Source: Candidatus Eiseniibacteriota bacterium (lineage in GTDB: Bacteria; Eisenbacteria; RBG-16-71-46; SZUA-252). Taken from it: a stretch of 64,000 nt of DNA. The stretch is from the NCBI GenBank assembly GCA_963703225.1, contig OY969801.1, forward strand, positions 2,336,001-2,400,000, read 5' to 3'. The notes beneath the pieces were generated by a model. It worked only from the letters and a program-made list of their open reading frames with translations. It was not told the DNA's origin and did not search any database. The position numbers and the translations under genes are program-made. How positions within the stretch are numbered: position 1 is the stretch's first letter; each line of letters begins with the position of its first letter. This document shows, one piece after another, positions 54,001 to 64,000 of the stretch.

Positions 54001-57000
54001 GAATCCTGGCAACAAGACCGTCAACGAGCTCGTGGCGTTGACCTTCACGGTGACGGCGACGGATGCCGACGTGCCGGCGAACACGATCGCATGGTCGCTG
54101 GACGCGGGCGCTCCCGCCGGAGCCGCGATTGTGACTGGGACCGGTGCCTTCTCGTGGGCCCCGACCGAAGCACAGGGTCCGGGCACCTACCCGGTGACTA
54201 TTCGCGCGACGGACAACGGCACCCCGGCGATGAGCGGCATCGCGGCCATCACGATCACGGTCAACGAGGTGAATGTCGCACCGATCCTGGTGCCCATCGG
54301 GAACAAGGCGGGTACCGTGGGGGTGGCGATCACCTTCACGGCGACCGCGACCGATGCCGACATTCCGGCCAACACCTTGACCTTCTCGCTCGATGCGGGC
54401 GCTCCTGCCGGCGCGACGATCAATTCCTCGACGGGCGCCTTTAGCTGGACTCCCGCGGCCAACGGCGGCTTCCCGGTGACGGTCCGCGTGACGGACAACG
54501 GCTCTCCAACGATGAGCGCCTTCGAGCTCATTACGATCACGGTGAGCGCGGCCCCGAACCAGGCACCAGTGCTGGGCCTGATCGGCAACAAGACGGTGAA
54601 CGAGTTGGTGGCGCTCACCTTCACGGCCACGGCGACCGATCCGGACGCCGGCTCGGTGCTCACGTTCTCGCTGGATGCGGGCGCCCCGGCCGGGGCGACC
54701 ATCAACAGCTCAACGGGCGCTTTCTCCTGGACCCCGACGGAGTCGCAGGGCCCGGGCGCCTATCCGATCACGGTTCGGGTGACGGACAACGGCAGCCCGA
54801 CCCTGAGCGACTTCGAGACGATCACGGTCACCGTCAATGAGGTGAACGTGGCGCCCGTGGTAACGAATCCCGGCAACAAGACCGTCGACGAACTGGTGGC
54901 GTTGACCTTCACGGTGACGGCGACGGATGCTGACATTCCCGCGAACACGATTGCGTGGTCATTGGACGCGGGTGCTCCTGCCGGTGCCACGATTGGTGCG
55001 GGGACCGGCGCCCTCAGCTGGACCCCGACCGAAGCGCAGGGTCCTGGCACCTATCCGGTGACCATTCGCGCGACGGATAACGGCACCCCGGCGATGAGCG
55101 GCACGGCCGCGATCACAGTCACCGTCAATGAGGTGAACGTTGCGCCGGTGGTCACGAATCCCGGCAACAAGACCGTCAACGAGCTCGTGGCGTTGACCTT
55201 CACGGTGACCGCGACGGACGCCGACGTGCCTGCGAACACGATCTCGTGGTCGTTGGACGCCGGTGCTCCTGCCGGCGCCACGATTGGTGCCGGCACCGGC
55301 GCCTTCAGCTGGACCCCGAGCGAAGCGCAGGGTCCGGGCACCTACCCGGTGACTATTCGCGCGACGGACAACGGCACCCCAGCGATGAGCGGCACGCGGC
55401 GATCACGATCACGGTCAACGAGGTGAATGTCGCACCGGTCCTCGTGCCCATCGGGAACAAGGCGGGGACGGTGGGGGTGGCGATCACCTTCACGGCAACC
55501 GCGACCGATGCCGACATTCCGGCCAACACCTTGACCTTCTCGCTCGATGCGGGCGCTCCTGCCGGCGCGACGATCAATTCCTCGACGGGCGCCTTTAGCT
55601 GGACTCCCGCGGCCAACGGCGGCTTCCCGGTGACGGTCCGCGTGACGGACAACGGCTCTCCAACGATGAGCGCCTTCGAACTCATTACGATCACGGTGAG
55701 CGCGGCCCCGAACCAGGCACCAGTGCTGGGCCTGATCGGCAACAAGACGGTGAACGAGTTGGTGGCGCTCACCTTCACGGCCACGGCGACCGATCCGGAC
55801 GCCGGCTCGGTGCTCACGTTCTCGCTGGATGCGGGCGCTCCGGCCGGGGCGACCATCAACAGCTCAACGGGCGCTTTCTCCTGGACCCCGACGGAGTCGC
55901 AGGGCCCGGGCGCCTATCCGATCACGGTTCGGGTGACGGACAACGGCAGCCCGACGCTGAGCGACTTCGAGACGATCACGGTCACCGTCAATGAGGTGAA
56001 CGTGGCGCCGGTTCTGGCGGCCATCGGGAACAAGGCGGGGACGGCGGGGGTGGCAATCACCTTCACGGCCACCGCGACCGACGTCGACATTCCGGCCAAC
56101 ACCTTGACCTTCTCGCTCGACGCGGGTGCCCCTGCCGGCGCGACGATCAATTCCTCGACCGGCGCCTTTAGCTGGACGCCTGCTGCCAACGGCGGCTTCC
56201 CGGTGACGGTCCGGGTGACGGACAACGGCTCTCCAACGATGAGCGCCTTCGAGCTCATTACGATCACGGTGAGCGCGGCTCCGAACCAGGCACCAGTGCT
56301 GGGTGCGATCGGCAACAAGACGGTGAATGAGCTGGTGGCGCTCACCTTCACCGCCACGGCGACCGATCCGGACGCGGGCTCGGTTCTCACGTTCTCGCTG
56401 GATGCGGGCGCTCCTGCAGGAGCGACCATTAACAGCTCAACGGGGGTCTTCTCCTGGACCCCGACGGAGTCGCAGGGCCCGGGCGCCTATCCGATCACGG
56501 TTCGGGTGACGGACAACGGCAGCCCGACGCTGAGCGACTTCGAGACGATCACGGTCACCGTCAACGAGGTGAACGTGGCGCCGGTTCTGGCGGCGATCGG
56601 GAACAAGAGCGTGGCCGTGGGCACCCCTCTCGCCTTCACGGCGACCGCGACCGATGCCGACATTCCGGCCAACACCTTGACCTTCTCGCTCGACGCGGGC
56701 GCACCTGGCGGGGCGACGATCAATTCCTCGACGGGCGCCTTCGCCTGGACGCCCGCGGCGACCGGCAGCTTCCCAGCGACGGTCCGCGTGACGGACAACG
56801 GCAATCCGACTCTGAGTGACTTCGAGGCGATCACGATCACGGTGACGGGTGAAACCGCTCTGCCGACGCTATCGATCAGCGACGTCAAGGTCATCGAGAG
56901 GAATGAAGGACTGGTTGAAGCGACGTTCATGGTGACCCTCTCACCCACGAGCGGCCAGCGCGTTGCCGTCGACTTTGCGACGAGCGATGGGACCGCCTCG

Positions 57001-57915
57001 ACACCCTCGGACTACATGCCCGCCAGGGGGACACTCGCATTTTCGCCGGGCAGGACGGTCCAGTTCATCACGGTCAGGGTGACGGGCGACCGTCGCATCG
57101 AGCCGGATGAGACGTTCCTGGTCGATCTCACCAACCCCGTGAACTCCACGATCTCGGATGCGGAGGGCGTGGGGGACATCGTCAATGACGACGCGCAAGT
57201 CGTCGTCAGGCCTCGCTCCGCATGCTTCTGGAGGAATCGGCCGAGCGATATCGCGATGTATCTCCCGCAAACACTCGGCAACTTGGTGGTCACCACCGTG
57301 GATCAGGCGCAAGCAATCCTAAAGAGCCGGCATGATACGCGGAACGCAAACAGCAGGCTGCGAGCCGAGCTCCTGGCCGCGCTCCTCAACCTGGCCAATG
57401 GGGCGACGGGCGCGGATTGCATCCAGTCCACGATCGCCGATGCCCAAACATTCTTGCTGGCTTACGGAAACCTGGTTCTCAAGCGCAGGTCCTACCCCAC
57501 GCAGTACGAACAGGCCGGACGATTGACCGAGCGGCTGCGCGGCTATAACCACGCACGGCTCGATTGTCTCCACAATCAGTTCGCGGAGGATAACGACGAC
57601 CGGATGGACGACGAAGGCGATCTGGCCTTCGCCCAGGGCCGACTCGAGCTGAGACCCAATTCACCGAACCCGTTCAACGGCGATACCCACATCGAGTATC
57701 TACTTCCCGCCGGGACCCACGCGCGGCTCGCCGTCTACGACGTCCGCGGACGAGAGGTGAAGGTGCTCGTGGACGAGAATCAGGCGGCAGGAGTCCACTT
57801 CGTGTCGTGGAATGGCACCGGGCGAGGCTCGGGTCCGCTGGCAAGCGGGGTCTATTTCTACCGGCTGACCGCCGGAGGGCAGACGCTTATGGGGAGGATG
57901 ATTCTGGCTCGATAG
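48064..57915 (+). CDS. Giant surface protein 2 (about 3,280 aa): signal peptide, beta-helix head with 196-aa repeats, about 16 cadherin-like repeats, Calx-beta domain, helical domain, FlgD-Ig/T9SS-like C-terminal domain; 2 frameshifts
   Basis: ORFs 48064..51261, 50963..55426 and 55246..57915 join at shifts near 50951 and 55395. Calx-beta motif DGTA..PSDY...GDRRIEPDETF; C-terminus PNPFN...GRMILAR. Confidence 0.87.
48733..51673 (+). repeat. Five near-identical 588-bp tandem repeats
   Basis: Anchor TTCCAGAAGTCG at 48733, 49321, 49909, 50497, 51086 and 51674. Confidence 0.95.
53066..53938 (+). repeat. Three near-identical 291-bp tandem repeats
   Basis: Anchor ATGAGCGA at 53066, 53357, 53648 and 53939. 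Confidence 0.92.
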
Positions 57916-59125
57916 GAGCGAGGGGGGCCGCGACGTCCTGCCGCTCGGGCTCGCGGACCCGGGGGAGCAGGAAGAGCGTGATCGCCACGAATACCGCGGT
58001 CGATACGAAGAAGATCGATCGAAGCCCGAACGCGCCCGCGATGGCGCCGCCCAGGAGCGGGCCCATCAGATTTCCGAGCATGAGCGCGGTCGACGTAATG
58101 CCGAGGACCCCGGCGCGGCGAGCGTCGGGAGCCCGAAGGCTGATCATCGCGTGGACGCTCGGGACCACGCCCCCGATGAAGACCCCGTAGGGAATCCGCG
58201 CCAGGAAGAGCTGCCACGGCGCGGTCACCAGCCCCTGCGGTAGCGCGAACAACCCCGAGCCGATCAGCGCGATCCCGAGCGTTGGTCGGTAACCGCCTCG
58301 ATCGCTCCTCCGTCCCCACCGCGGCGCCGTCAGCACCGTCGCGAGCCCGGTCACGGCGAAGATCGCGCCGGTCGTGGTCGCGAGGAGCCTGCCGTGGGCG
58401 CCGAGCGACTCCACGAAGAGCGCCATCACCGGGCCGAGCGCCATGAGCGCGAACTGGCAGCCGAAGAGAACGAAGTAGAGCAGCCGAATCTGCGGTGTCC
58501 CGAAGACCAGCCGGTAGTTCTCCCAAATTCGCCCAAAACCCTCATTCGAGCGCGTCCGCTCCCCTTCCCGGACGAGTGCCATCACGATGATCGCCGAAGT
58601 CAGGGTCAGGGCGGCCGTCACGAAGAAGACCTGCCTCGCCCCAATCCGGTCGGCCAGGTATCCACCCACGAGCGGGCCCAAAATCGTGCCGCTCGGGATC
58701 GCGGTCTGCAGGGTACCCAGCGCGTAGCCCATGCGCTCGCGGGGGGCGCTGGACGCCATGAGCGCGATCGCGGCGGCGATGAAGCCGCTGATGGCCCCCT
58801 GCCCCACGCGGAGAAAGAAGAGCTGCGCGACCGTGGTGGCCAGGCCCATCAAGGTCGCCGCGACCGTCAGGCCGAGCGCGGCGCGAACGACCATCAGTTT
58901 TCGACCGTGGCGATCTCCGAGAAATCCCCAGACGGGCGTCGCCACCGTCGCCGCGAAGAACGGGGCCGCGAAAATGAGGCCGCTCATCGTCTCCAGCTTT
59001 CCAGGCTCGGTCACGCCGAGCTGGCGGAGGTAGAGCGGCAGGAACGGAAGGAACATGCTGATGCCGAGCATGGTGAAGAACTCGGCCACCCAGAGCGCGA
59101 AGAGCGTGCGCCGCCACGCCTCCAG
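57887..59125 (-). CDS. MFS transporter (MdtG/DHA1-like)
   Basis: WGFLGDRHGRK motif A, GPLVGG, about 12 TM segments. Probable CTG start at 59125 (EAWRRTLFALW). Convergent 29-bp overlap with giant gene 2. Confidence 0.9.
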   Translation of the reverse strand: MEAWRRTLFALWVAEFFTMLGISMFLPFLPLYLRQLGVTEPGKLETMSGLIFAAPFFAATVATPVWGFLGDRHGRKLMVVRAALGLTVAATLMGLATTVAQLFFLRVGQGAISGFIAAAIALMASSAPRERMGYALGTLQTAIPSGTILGPLVGGYLADRIGARQVFFVTAALTLTSAIIVMALVREGERTRSNEGFGRIWENYRLVFGTPQIRLLYFVLFGCQFALMALGPVMALFVESLGAHGRLLATTTGAIFAVTGLATVLTAPRWGRRSDRGGYRPTLGIALIGSGLFALPQGLVTAPWQLFLARIPYGVFIGGVVPSVHAMISLRAPDARRAGVLGITSTALMLGNLMGPLLGGAIAGAFGLRSIFFVSTAVFVAITLFLLPRVREPERQDVAAPLAPIEPESSSP

Positions 59126-59170
59126 CTCCTGGAAGGCGCCGATCGGACCGTCGAGGAATCGGATGGGAGG

Positions 59171-59512
59171 CTAGGAGGCGGCCGCCGCGGCGCACGTGGC
59201 GCAGGGGCAGAGCCGCCGGAGAAGGTCGAAGCTGTAGATCCCGGTGAAGTGGCCGTCGCTCCACTCGAAGTGGAGGGCGTAGTTGCCGACGATCTTGGCG
59301 GCCTCGATCTTGACGTCCGGATTCACGTGCTCTTCGAAGACCATTCGCTGGCCGCTCGTCTCGCTCACGCACTGGGCGCAGGGGCAGCGCCCGCGGAGAT
59401 ATCGCGCAAGGTACTGGCTCTCGTGTCCGTCGGCCCACGCGATCGTGAGGCGCTCGCCGCCCTTCTTCTTGATGCTGACGGGCGTTCCGGCGTCCGGAGA
59501 GAGTGCGGGCAT
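59171..59512 (-). CDS. DUF971 (GBBH-like N-terminal) domain protein
   Basis: WADGHES...LRGRCPCAQC...VGNYAL...WSDGH.TGIYSFDLL. Confidence 0.9.
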   Translation of the reverse strand: MPALSPDAGTPVSIKKKGGERLTIAWADGHESQYLARYLRGRCPCAQCVSETSGQRMVFEEHVNPDVKIEAAKIVGNYALHFEWSDGHFTGIYSFDLLRRLCPCATCAAAAAS

Positions 59513-59513
59513 C

Positions 59514-60599
59514 CTACTCCTCGACGATGGTGAGGGCGATCTGCTTGAAGGTCCGAATGCTCACCTGCTGGGCCAATTTTCCGGCGATGTCGCCGAACGC
59601 GCGCCCCGATGGAGAATCGGGCGCGGAGAGGACGACCGGGGTCCCCTCGTCGGAATAGCGGCGGATCGCGGCGTCGAGCGGGATTTCGCCCAGGAATGGA
59701 ATTCCCAGGGATTCCGCCGCGCGTCGGGCCCCGCCGTGCCCGAAGAGATCGTCGCGCTCTCCGCAGTGCGGACAGACGTAGGTGCTCATGTTCTCGACAA
59801 TGCCCAGGATATGCACCTTCGTCTGCTGGAACATGCGGAGCGTTTTCATGGAGATCTGCAAGCCCACGTCCTGCGGCGTCGATACGATCACAGCCCCCGT
59901 CACCGTCGCCGTCTGCACCAGCGTGAGGTGGACGTCGCCCGTGCCGGGCGGAAGATCCACCACGAGGTAGTCCAGCTCCCCCCAATCCACGCCCAGAAGG
60001 CACTGCTGGAGCGCCTTGTGCGCCATCGGGCCGCGCCAGATGAGCGGCTGGTCTCCAGGGCTCATGTACCCCATCGACATCAGCTTGACGCCGTGCGCTT
60101 CGCCCGGGTCGATTCGATTGTCCGCGCGCGGCTCGGCGGGACGGCCGGACCGCATCATGATTGGAATGCTGGGCCCGTAAATGTCCGCGTCCAGGAGCCC
60201 GACCCGCGCGCCGCTTCGCGCCAGCGAAACCGCAAGGTTGGCCGCGACGGTCGACTTCCCCACGCCCCCCTTTCCGCTTCCCACCGCGATGATGTGCCGC
60301 ACGTTCTTCAGGACGCCTGTATCCGGAGCCGGAGGTCTGCGGACCTCGGCGGTCATGTTCACCCGAACATCCCGGACTCCAGGGACTTTGGCCAGCACCG
60401 CCTGCTGCGACTGCTCCCGAAGCCGGTCTTTGACCGGGCAGGCAGGGGTCGTGAGATTGACGTCGAAGGAAACGGTCGAGCCCTCGATCTTGAGGTTGCG
60501 AACGAAGTTGAGGCTCACGATGTCCCGATTCAGGTCGGGATCCATGACCGTGCGGAGCGCATCTAATACTTGAGATTCCGCGATCGCGGTGTCTGTCAT
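59514..60599 (-). CDS. mrp: Mrp/ApbC/NBP35 Fe-S cluster carrier ATPase with N-terminal DUF59 domain
   Basis: ATG 60599 after AGGAG; DPDL..DIV, TTPACP, SGKGGVGKST, WRGPM, DLPPGTGD, ENMS...CPHC. Confidence 0.94.
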   Translation of the reverse strand: MTDTAIAESQVLDALRTVMDPDLNRDIVSLNFVRNLKIEGSTVSFDVNLTTPACPVKDRLREQSQQAVLAKVPGVRDVRVNMTAEVRRPPAPDTGVLKNVRHIIAVGSGKGGVGKSTVAANLAVSLARSGARVGLLDADIYGPSIPIMMRSGRPAEPRADNRIDPGEAHGVKLMSMGYMSPGDQPLIWRGPMAHKALQQCLLGVDWGELDYLVVDLPPGTGDVHLTLVQTATVTGAVIVSTPQDVGLQISMKTLRMFQQTKVHILGIVENMSTYVCPHCGERDDLFGHGGARRAAESLGIPFLGEIPLDAAIRRYSDEGTPVVLSAPDSPSGRAFGDIAGKLAQQVSIRTFKQIALTIVEE

Positions 60600-60712
60600 C
60601 TGCTCTCCTGGCGGGGAAATCGCTGTCGGGCGGTTCGGACGGGAGATGATACCAACCATGTGAAAGGCCCCCAACGCCTTTCCGACTCCGCCACGGCACT
60701 ATCTTAACGACT

Positions 60713-63121
60713 ATGACGCCGGCTATCCTCGATTCGATGCGCACCCAGACACCAAATCGGGCGACTCCCGGGGGGCCGCCCCGGACGCCGGATCAGCCGG
60801 ATCAGGACATCGTCTGCGGGATGTCGGTCTCGCCCGGGAGCCCACACCGCCACCGGCACGAAGGCCGCGACTACCTCTTCTGCAGCGCGAGCTGCCGGGA
60901 CCGATTCGTCCGGAACCCGACCGCGTTCCTTTCGGGCCGGGCCACGACCGGTCCCCTCTCGGCGAGAGTCGCCCCTACGGGGACACGCGGGCCCGCGGCC
61001 ACCGCCGCCTCCTCCGCCGAGTACACCTGCCCCATGCACCCGCAGATCCGCCAGGCGGGACCGGGCGCCTGCCCGATCTGCGGCATGGCCCTCGAGCCGG
61101 TCGGAGCCCTGGAGGGCGAGAATCCCGAGCTGCGCCAGATGGCGCGTCGCTTCTGGATCGCCGCGGCACTCACGATCCCTGTCGTCGCCATCGCGATGGC
61201 GCACCTGATTCCGGGCGCCGCCGCGAGGCCCCTCATCGCGACGCGAACCGGCCAGCTCCTCCAGCTTTTCCTCGCCACTCCGATCTGCACCTGGGGGGCC
61301 TGGCCCTTCTACGAACGCGCCGTCGCCTCGATCCGGAACAAGAGCCTTAACATGTTCACGCTGATCGGGCTGGGGGTATTCGTCGCCTACGGCTACAGCG
61401 TCGTGGCCGTGGTATTTCCGGGCCTTTTTCCATCAGGATTCCGCGACGGGCATGGTGAGGTCGGCGTTTACTTCGAGGCGGCTGCCGCGATCGTCACGTT
61501 GGTTCTCCTCGGCCAGGTACTGGAGCTCAAAGCGCGCAGCCACACGAGCGCCGCGGTGCAGAAACTGCTCCGGTTGGGCGCCAAGTCCGCGCGGCGCCTC
61601 CAGGCCGACGGGACCGATGAGGACGTGCCGCTCGAGCGGATCGTGATCGGCGACCGGCTCCTCGTTCGTCCGGGCGAGAAGATCCCGGTCGACGGCGCCG
61701 TCATCGAGGGCGAGAGCGCCGTGGACGAGTCGATGGTCTCGGGCGAATCGATGCCGGTGGTGAAGGGGGCTGGAGACCGCGTGATCGGCGCCACCGTGAA
61801 CGGAACCGGCTCCTTTGTGATGCGGGCGGAGAAGGTTGGATCGGAGACGCTTCTCGCGCGAATCGTCGCGATGGTCGCCGAGGCACAGCGGACTCGGGCG
61901 CCGATTCAGCGGCTCGCCGACGTCATCTCGGCATACTTCGTCCCCTCCGTCGTCGCGATCGCGCTGGCGACATTCACCGCCTGGGCGGCCTGGGGACCCG
62001 AGCCGCGACTGGCGCACGCGCTCGTCAATGCCGTCGCCGTCCTGATCATCGCCTGCCCCTGCGCGCTCGGATTGGCCACGCCCATGTCGATCCTCGTCGC
62101 GAGCGGAAAGGGCGCTTCCTTGGGAATTCTGTTCCGGAATGCGGAGGCGATCGAGGTTCTCGGAAGGGCCGACACGCTCGTGGTGGACAAGACCGGCACG
62201 CTCACCGAAGGCAAGCCCCGCCTCGTCGCCGTGGCCGCGCTGGAGGGTGACGGAACCATGCTTCTCGCGCTGGCGGCCAGCTTGGAGCGAAGGAGCGAGC
62301 ACCCGATCGCGGCCGCGGTCGTGCGCGGCGCCAAAGACCGTGGCCTGGCACTCCTGCCGGTGGAGCGATTTGAGAGCCTCACCGGCAAGGGCGTCCAGGG
62401 GGTGGTCGATGGCCACCGGGTCGCCGTGGGAAGCCCCACCCTGTTCGCCGCGCTGGGCCTGGACGTTACCAGGCTCGTCGGAAAGACCGAGGCCGCCCGG
62501 GCCGAGGGACAGACCGTGGCCCTTGTGGCGGTCGATGGGATTCCGGTGGGATTTCTCGGCGTCGCCGATCCCATTCGAGAGAAAGCGTCCGAAGCCGTCG
62601 CCGCGCTCCGACGCGATGGCGTGCGGATCGTGATGCTCACGGGCGATGTCCAAAGCACCGCCGAGAGCGTCGCGAGGAAGCTTGGGATCGAGGAAGTGCT
62701 CGCGGAGGTGTCCCCGGAGAGGAAGCTCGACGAGGTCCGCCGGCTGCAAGGAGAGGGCCACGTCGTCGCGATGGCTGGGGACGGCATCAACGACGCCCCC
62801 GTCCTTGCCCAGGCCGACGTCGGGATCGCCATGGGAACAGGCACCGACGTCGCGATGGAGAGCGCGGCGGTGATCCTCGTCAAAGGCGACCTCCGGGGCA
62901 TCGCCCGGGCGCGGCGGCTCAGCAGCCTCACGATGCGAAACATCAAGCAGAACCTCTTCTTCGCGTTTGTCTACAACGCGCTCGGCGTCCCGATCGCGGC
63001 CGGCGCGCTCTACCCCGCGCTCGGGATCCAGCTCTCGCCCATCCTCGCCGCCGCGGCGATGAGCTTGAGCTCGGTTTCGGTGATCGGGAACGCGCTCCGC
63101 CTGCGCGGCGCTCGGGTCTGA
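60713..63121 (+). CDS. copA: Cu(I)/Ag(I) P1B-type ATPase with YHS and heavy-metal-binding domains
   Basis: DIVCGM...FCSASC, YTCPMHP...[44 protein letters not shown]. Confidence 0.95.
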   Translation: MTPAILDSMRTQTPNRATPGGPPRTPDQPDQDIVCGMSVSPGSPHRHRHEGRDYLFCSASCRDRFVRNPTAFLSGRATTGPLSARVAPTGTRGPAATAASSAEYTCPMHPQIRQAGPGACPICGMALEPVGALEGENPELRQMARRFWIAAALTIPVVAIAMAHLIPGAAARPLIATRTGQLLQLFLATPICTWGAWPFYERAVASIRNKSLNMFTLIGLGVFVAYGYSVVAVVFPGLFPSGFRDGHGEVGVYFEAAAAIVTLVLLGQVLELKARSHTSAAVQKLLRLGAKSARRLQADGTDEDVPLERIVIGDRLLVRPGEKIPVDGAVIEGESAVDESMVSGESMPVVKGAGDRVIGATVNGTGSFVMRAEKVGSETLLARIVAMVAEAQRTRAPIQRLADVISAYFVPSVVAIALATFTAWAAWGPEPRLAHALVNAVAVLIIACPCALGLATPMSILVASGKGASLGILFRNAEAIEVLGRADTLVVDKTGTLTEGKPRLVAVAALEGDGTMLLALAASLERRSEHPIAAAVVRGAKDRGLALLPVERFESLTGKGVQGVVDGHRVAVGSPTLFAALGLDVTRLVGKTEAARAEGQTVALVAVDGIPVGFLGVADPIREKASEAVAALRRDGVRIVMLTGDVQSTAESVARKLGIEEVLAEVSPERKLDEVRRLQGEGHVVAMAGDGINDAPVLAQADVGIAMGTGTDVAMESAAVILVKGDLRGIARARRLSSLTMRNIKQNLFFAFVYNALGVPIAAGALYPALGIQLSPILAAAAMSLSSVSVIGNALRLRGARV

Positions 63122-63225
63122 ACGTGGCGCGGGGGGCGATCTTCTGGTATTGTGGCGGGCTAAAGTCCCGCGCTCAGCGGCGACTCCTGGCCATGGGGGC
63201 GCGGTGGATCGGATGAGGAGGGTCG

Positions 63226-64000
63226 ATGGCGGTATCCAACGATGAGCTAAAGGGCCTCTATTACTACATGAATCTGGTCCGGCAGGTGGACGAGCGCTGC
63301 CGCCGGCTGTTCAAGCAGGGACGCTTTCACGGCACCTACTTCAGCGCGGTCGGCCAGGAAGCGACGGTGGTCGGGCCTTGCTACGGGCTTCGCCCCGAGG
63401 ACGTGATCGGAATCCAGCACCGCGAGATCGGTGCCGTGATCACCAAGGGAATGCCGATCAAGTACCTCATGGCCCAGCTCTTCGCGCGGAAGGACTCGCC
63501 CGACCGCGGGAAGTCGCATCCCTGTCACTACGGCTGGAAACCCGCGGGGATCATCACGCCCGCCTCCACGATCGCGGCTCAAACGGTCATCGTGACGGGC
63601 TGCGCGCTCGCTTGGAAGATCCAGAAGAAGGACAACGTGGCCGTCGCCTTCGTGGGGGAGGGCGCGACCTCGAACGGGGTCTGGCACGAGGCCCTGAATT
63701 TCGCGGGCATTCACAAGCTCGGCTGTGTCTTCATCGTCCAGGACAACCTTTGGGCCGAATCAGTGCCCAAGCGCCTCGGCGTTCCGCTGGAAAATGTCTC
63801 CGAGCGAGCCAAGGCATACGGCTTCCCCGGCATCACGATCGACGGCAATGACCTGCTCCTCTCCTATGAGACCTCGCAGGAGGCGGTCCGGCGGGCGCGC
63901 CGCGGCGACGGCCCGACGCTGATCGAAATGAAGACCTACCGCTGGTACGGCCACTCGGAGATCGACCCGGCCAACTACCGGACCCAGGAAGAGCTCGAGT
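63226..64000 (+). CDS. TPP-dependent 2-oxoacid dehydrogenase E1 alpha subunit; runs off the window edge
   Basis: Not in the ORF track. RBS GAGGAGG, ATG 63226; GQEA, GEGATSNGVWHEALNFA, DGND, TYRWYGHS..DP..YR. Confidence 0.93.
   Translation, partial: MAVSNDELKGLYYYMNLVRQVDERCRRLFKQGRFHGTYFSAVGQEATVVGPCYGLRPEDVIGIQHREIGAVITKGMPIKYLMAQLFARKDSPDRGKSHPCHYGWKPAGIITPASTIAAQTVIVTGCALAWKIQKKDNVAVAFVGEGATSNGVWHEALNFAGIHKLGCVFIVQDNLWAESVPKRLGVPLENVSERAKAYGFPGITIDGNDLLLSYETSQEAVRRARRGDGPTLIEMKTYRWYGHSEIDPANYRTQEELE

Noticed and set aside
34285..56850. Repeat arrays as CRISPR or diversity-generating retroelement
   Set aside because: Units are 291 or 588 bp and protein-coding, with no spacers, cas genes, reverse transcriptase or adenine-specific variation.
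34176..57600. Many long antisense and alternate-frame ORFs over the giant genes
   Set aside because: Shadow ORFs caused by high GC and repetitive coding sequence; no independent protein features.
59171..59173. Pyrrolysine at the DUF971 TAG
   Set aside because: No pyl genes seen, DUF971 ends naturally there, and TAG is a normal stop for many genes in the window.

Overview
High-GC bacterial chromosomal window. Gene content (PorX/PorY-like pair, FlgD-Ig/T9SS-like C-terminal domains, porX-tsaE synteny) suggests an FCB-related lineage such as Ca. Eisenbacteria; this is inference. Contents, left to right: (1) 1-12 kb, minus strand: an MSHA/type IV pilus-T2SS-like cluster (secretin, PilP/MshK-like, PilO, PilM-PilN fusion, PilX-NHL propeller fusion, three minor pilins, an embedded DUF2723/TMEM260-like glycosyltransferase, major pilin, PilC, PilB). 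(2) 12-14.5 kb: a secreted hypothetical protein preceded by a gene the ORF track truncates. That gene encodes a secreted UshA-like/tetraheme cytochrome c protein with an in-frame TGA in a P-C-G-U motif followed by a SECIS-like hairpin, so it is a probable selenoprotein. (3) 14.6-33.9 kb, minus strand: HU and a long housekeeping run (extended LptD, folC, accD, rimI, tsaB, tsaE, porX-like, porY-like kinase, serS, degenerate hemC, MacAB-type ABC exporter, split MetE). (4) 34-58 kb, plus strand: two giant paralogous repeat surface proteins (about 4,550 and 3,280 aa) with cadherin-like/putative-Ig stalks, FlgD-Ig/T9SS-like C-terminal domains and a shared 25-bp promoter motif. (5) 58-64 kb: MFS transporter, DUF971, Mrp/ApbC, CopA and a partial E1-alpha. 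About 11 short indel frameshifts occur and look like long-read consensus errors. No rRNA, tRNA, CRISPR array or mobile element was recognised.
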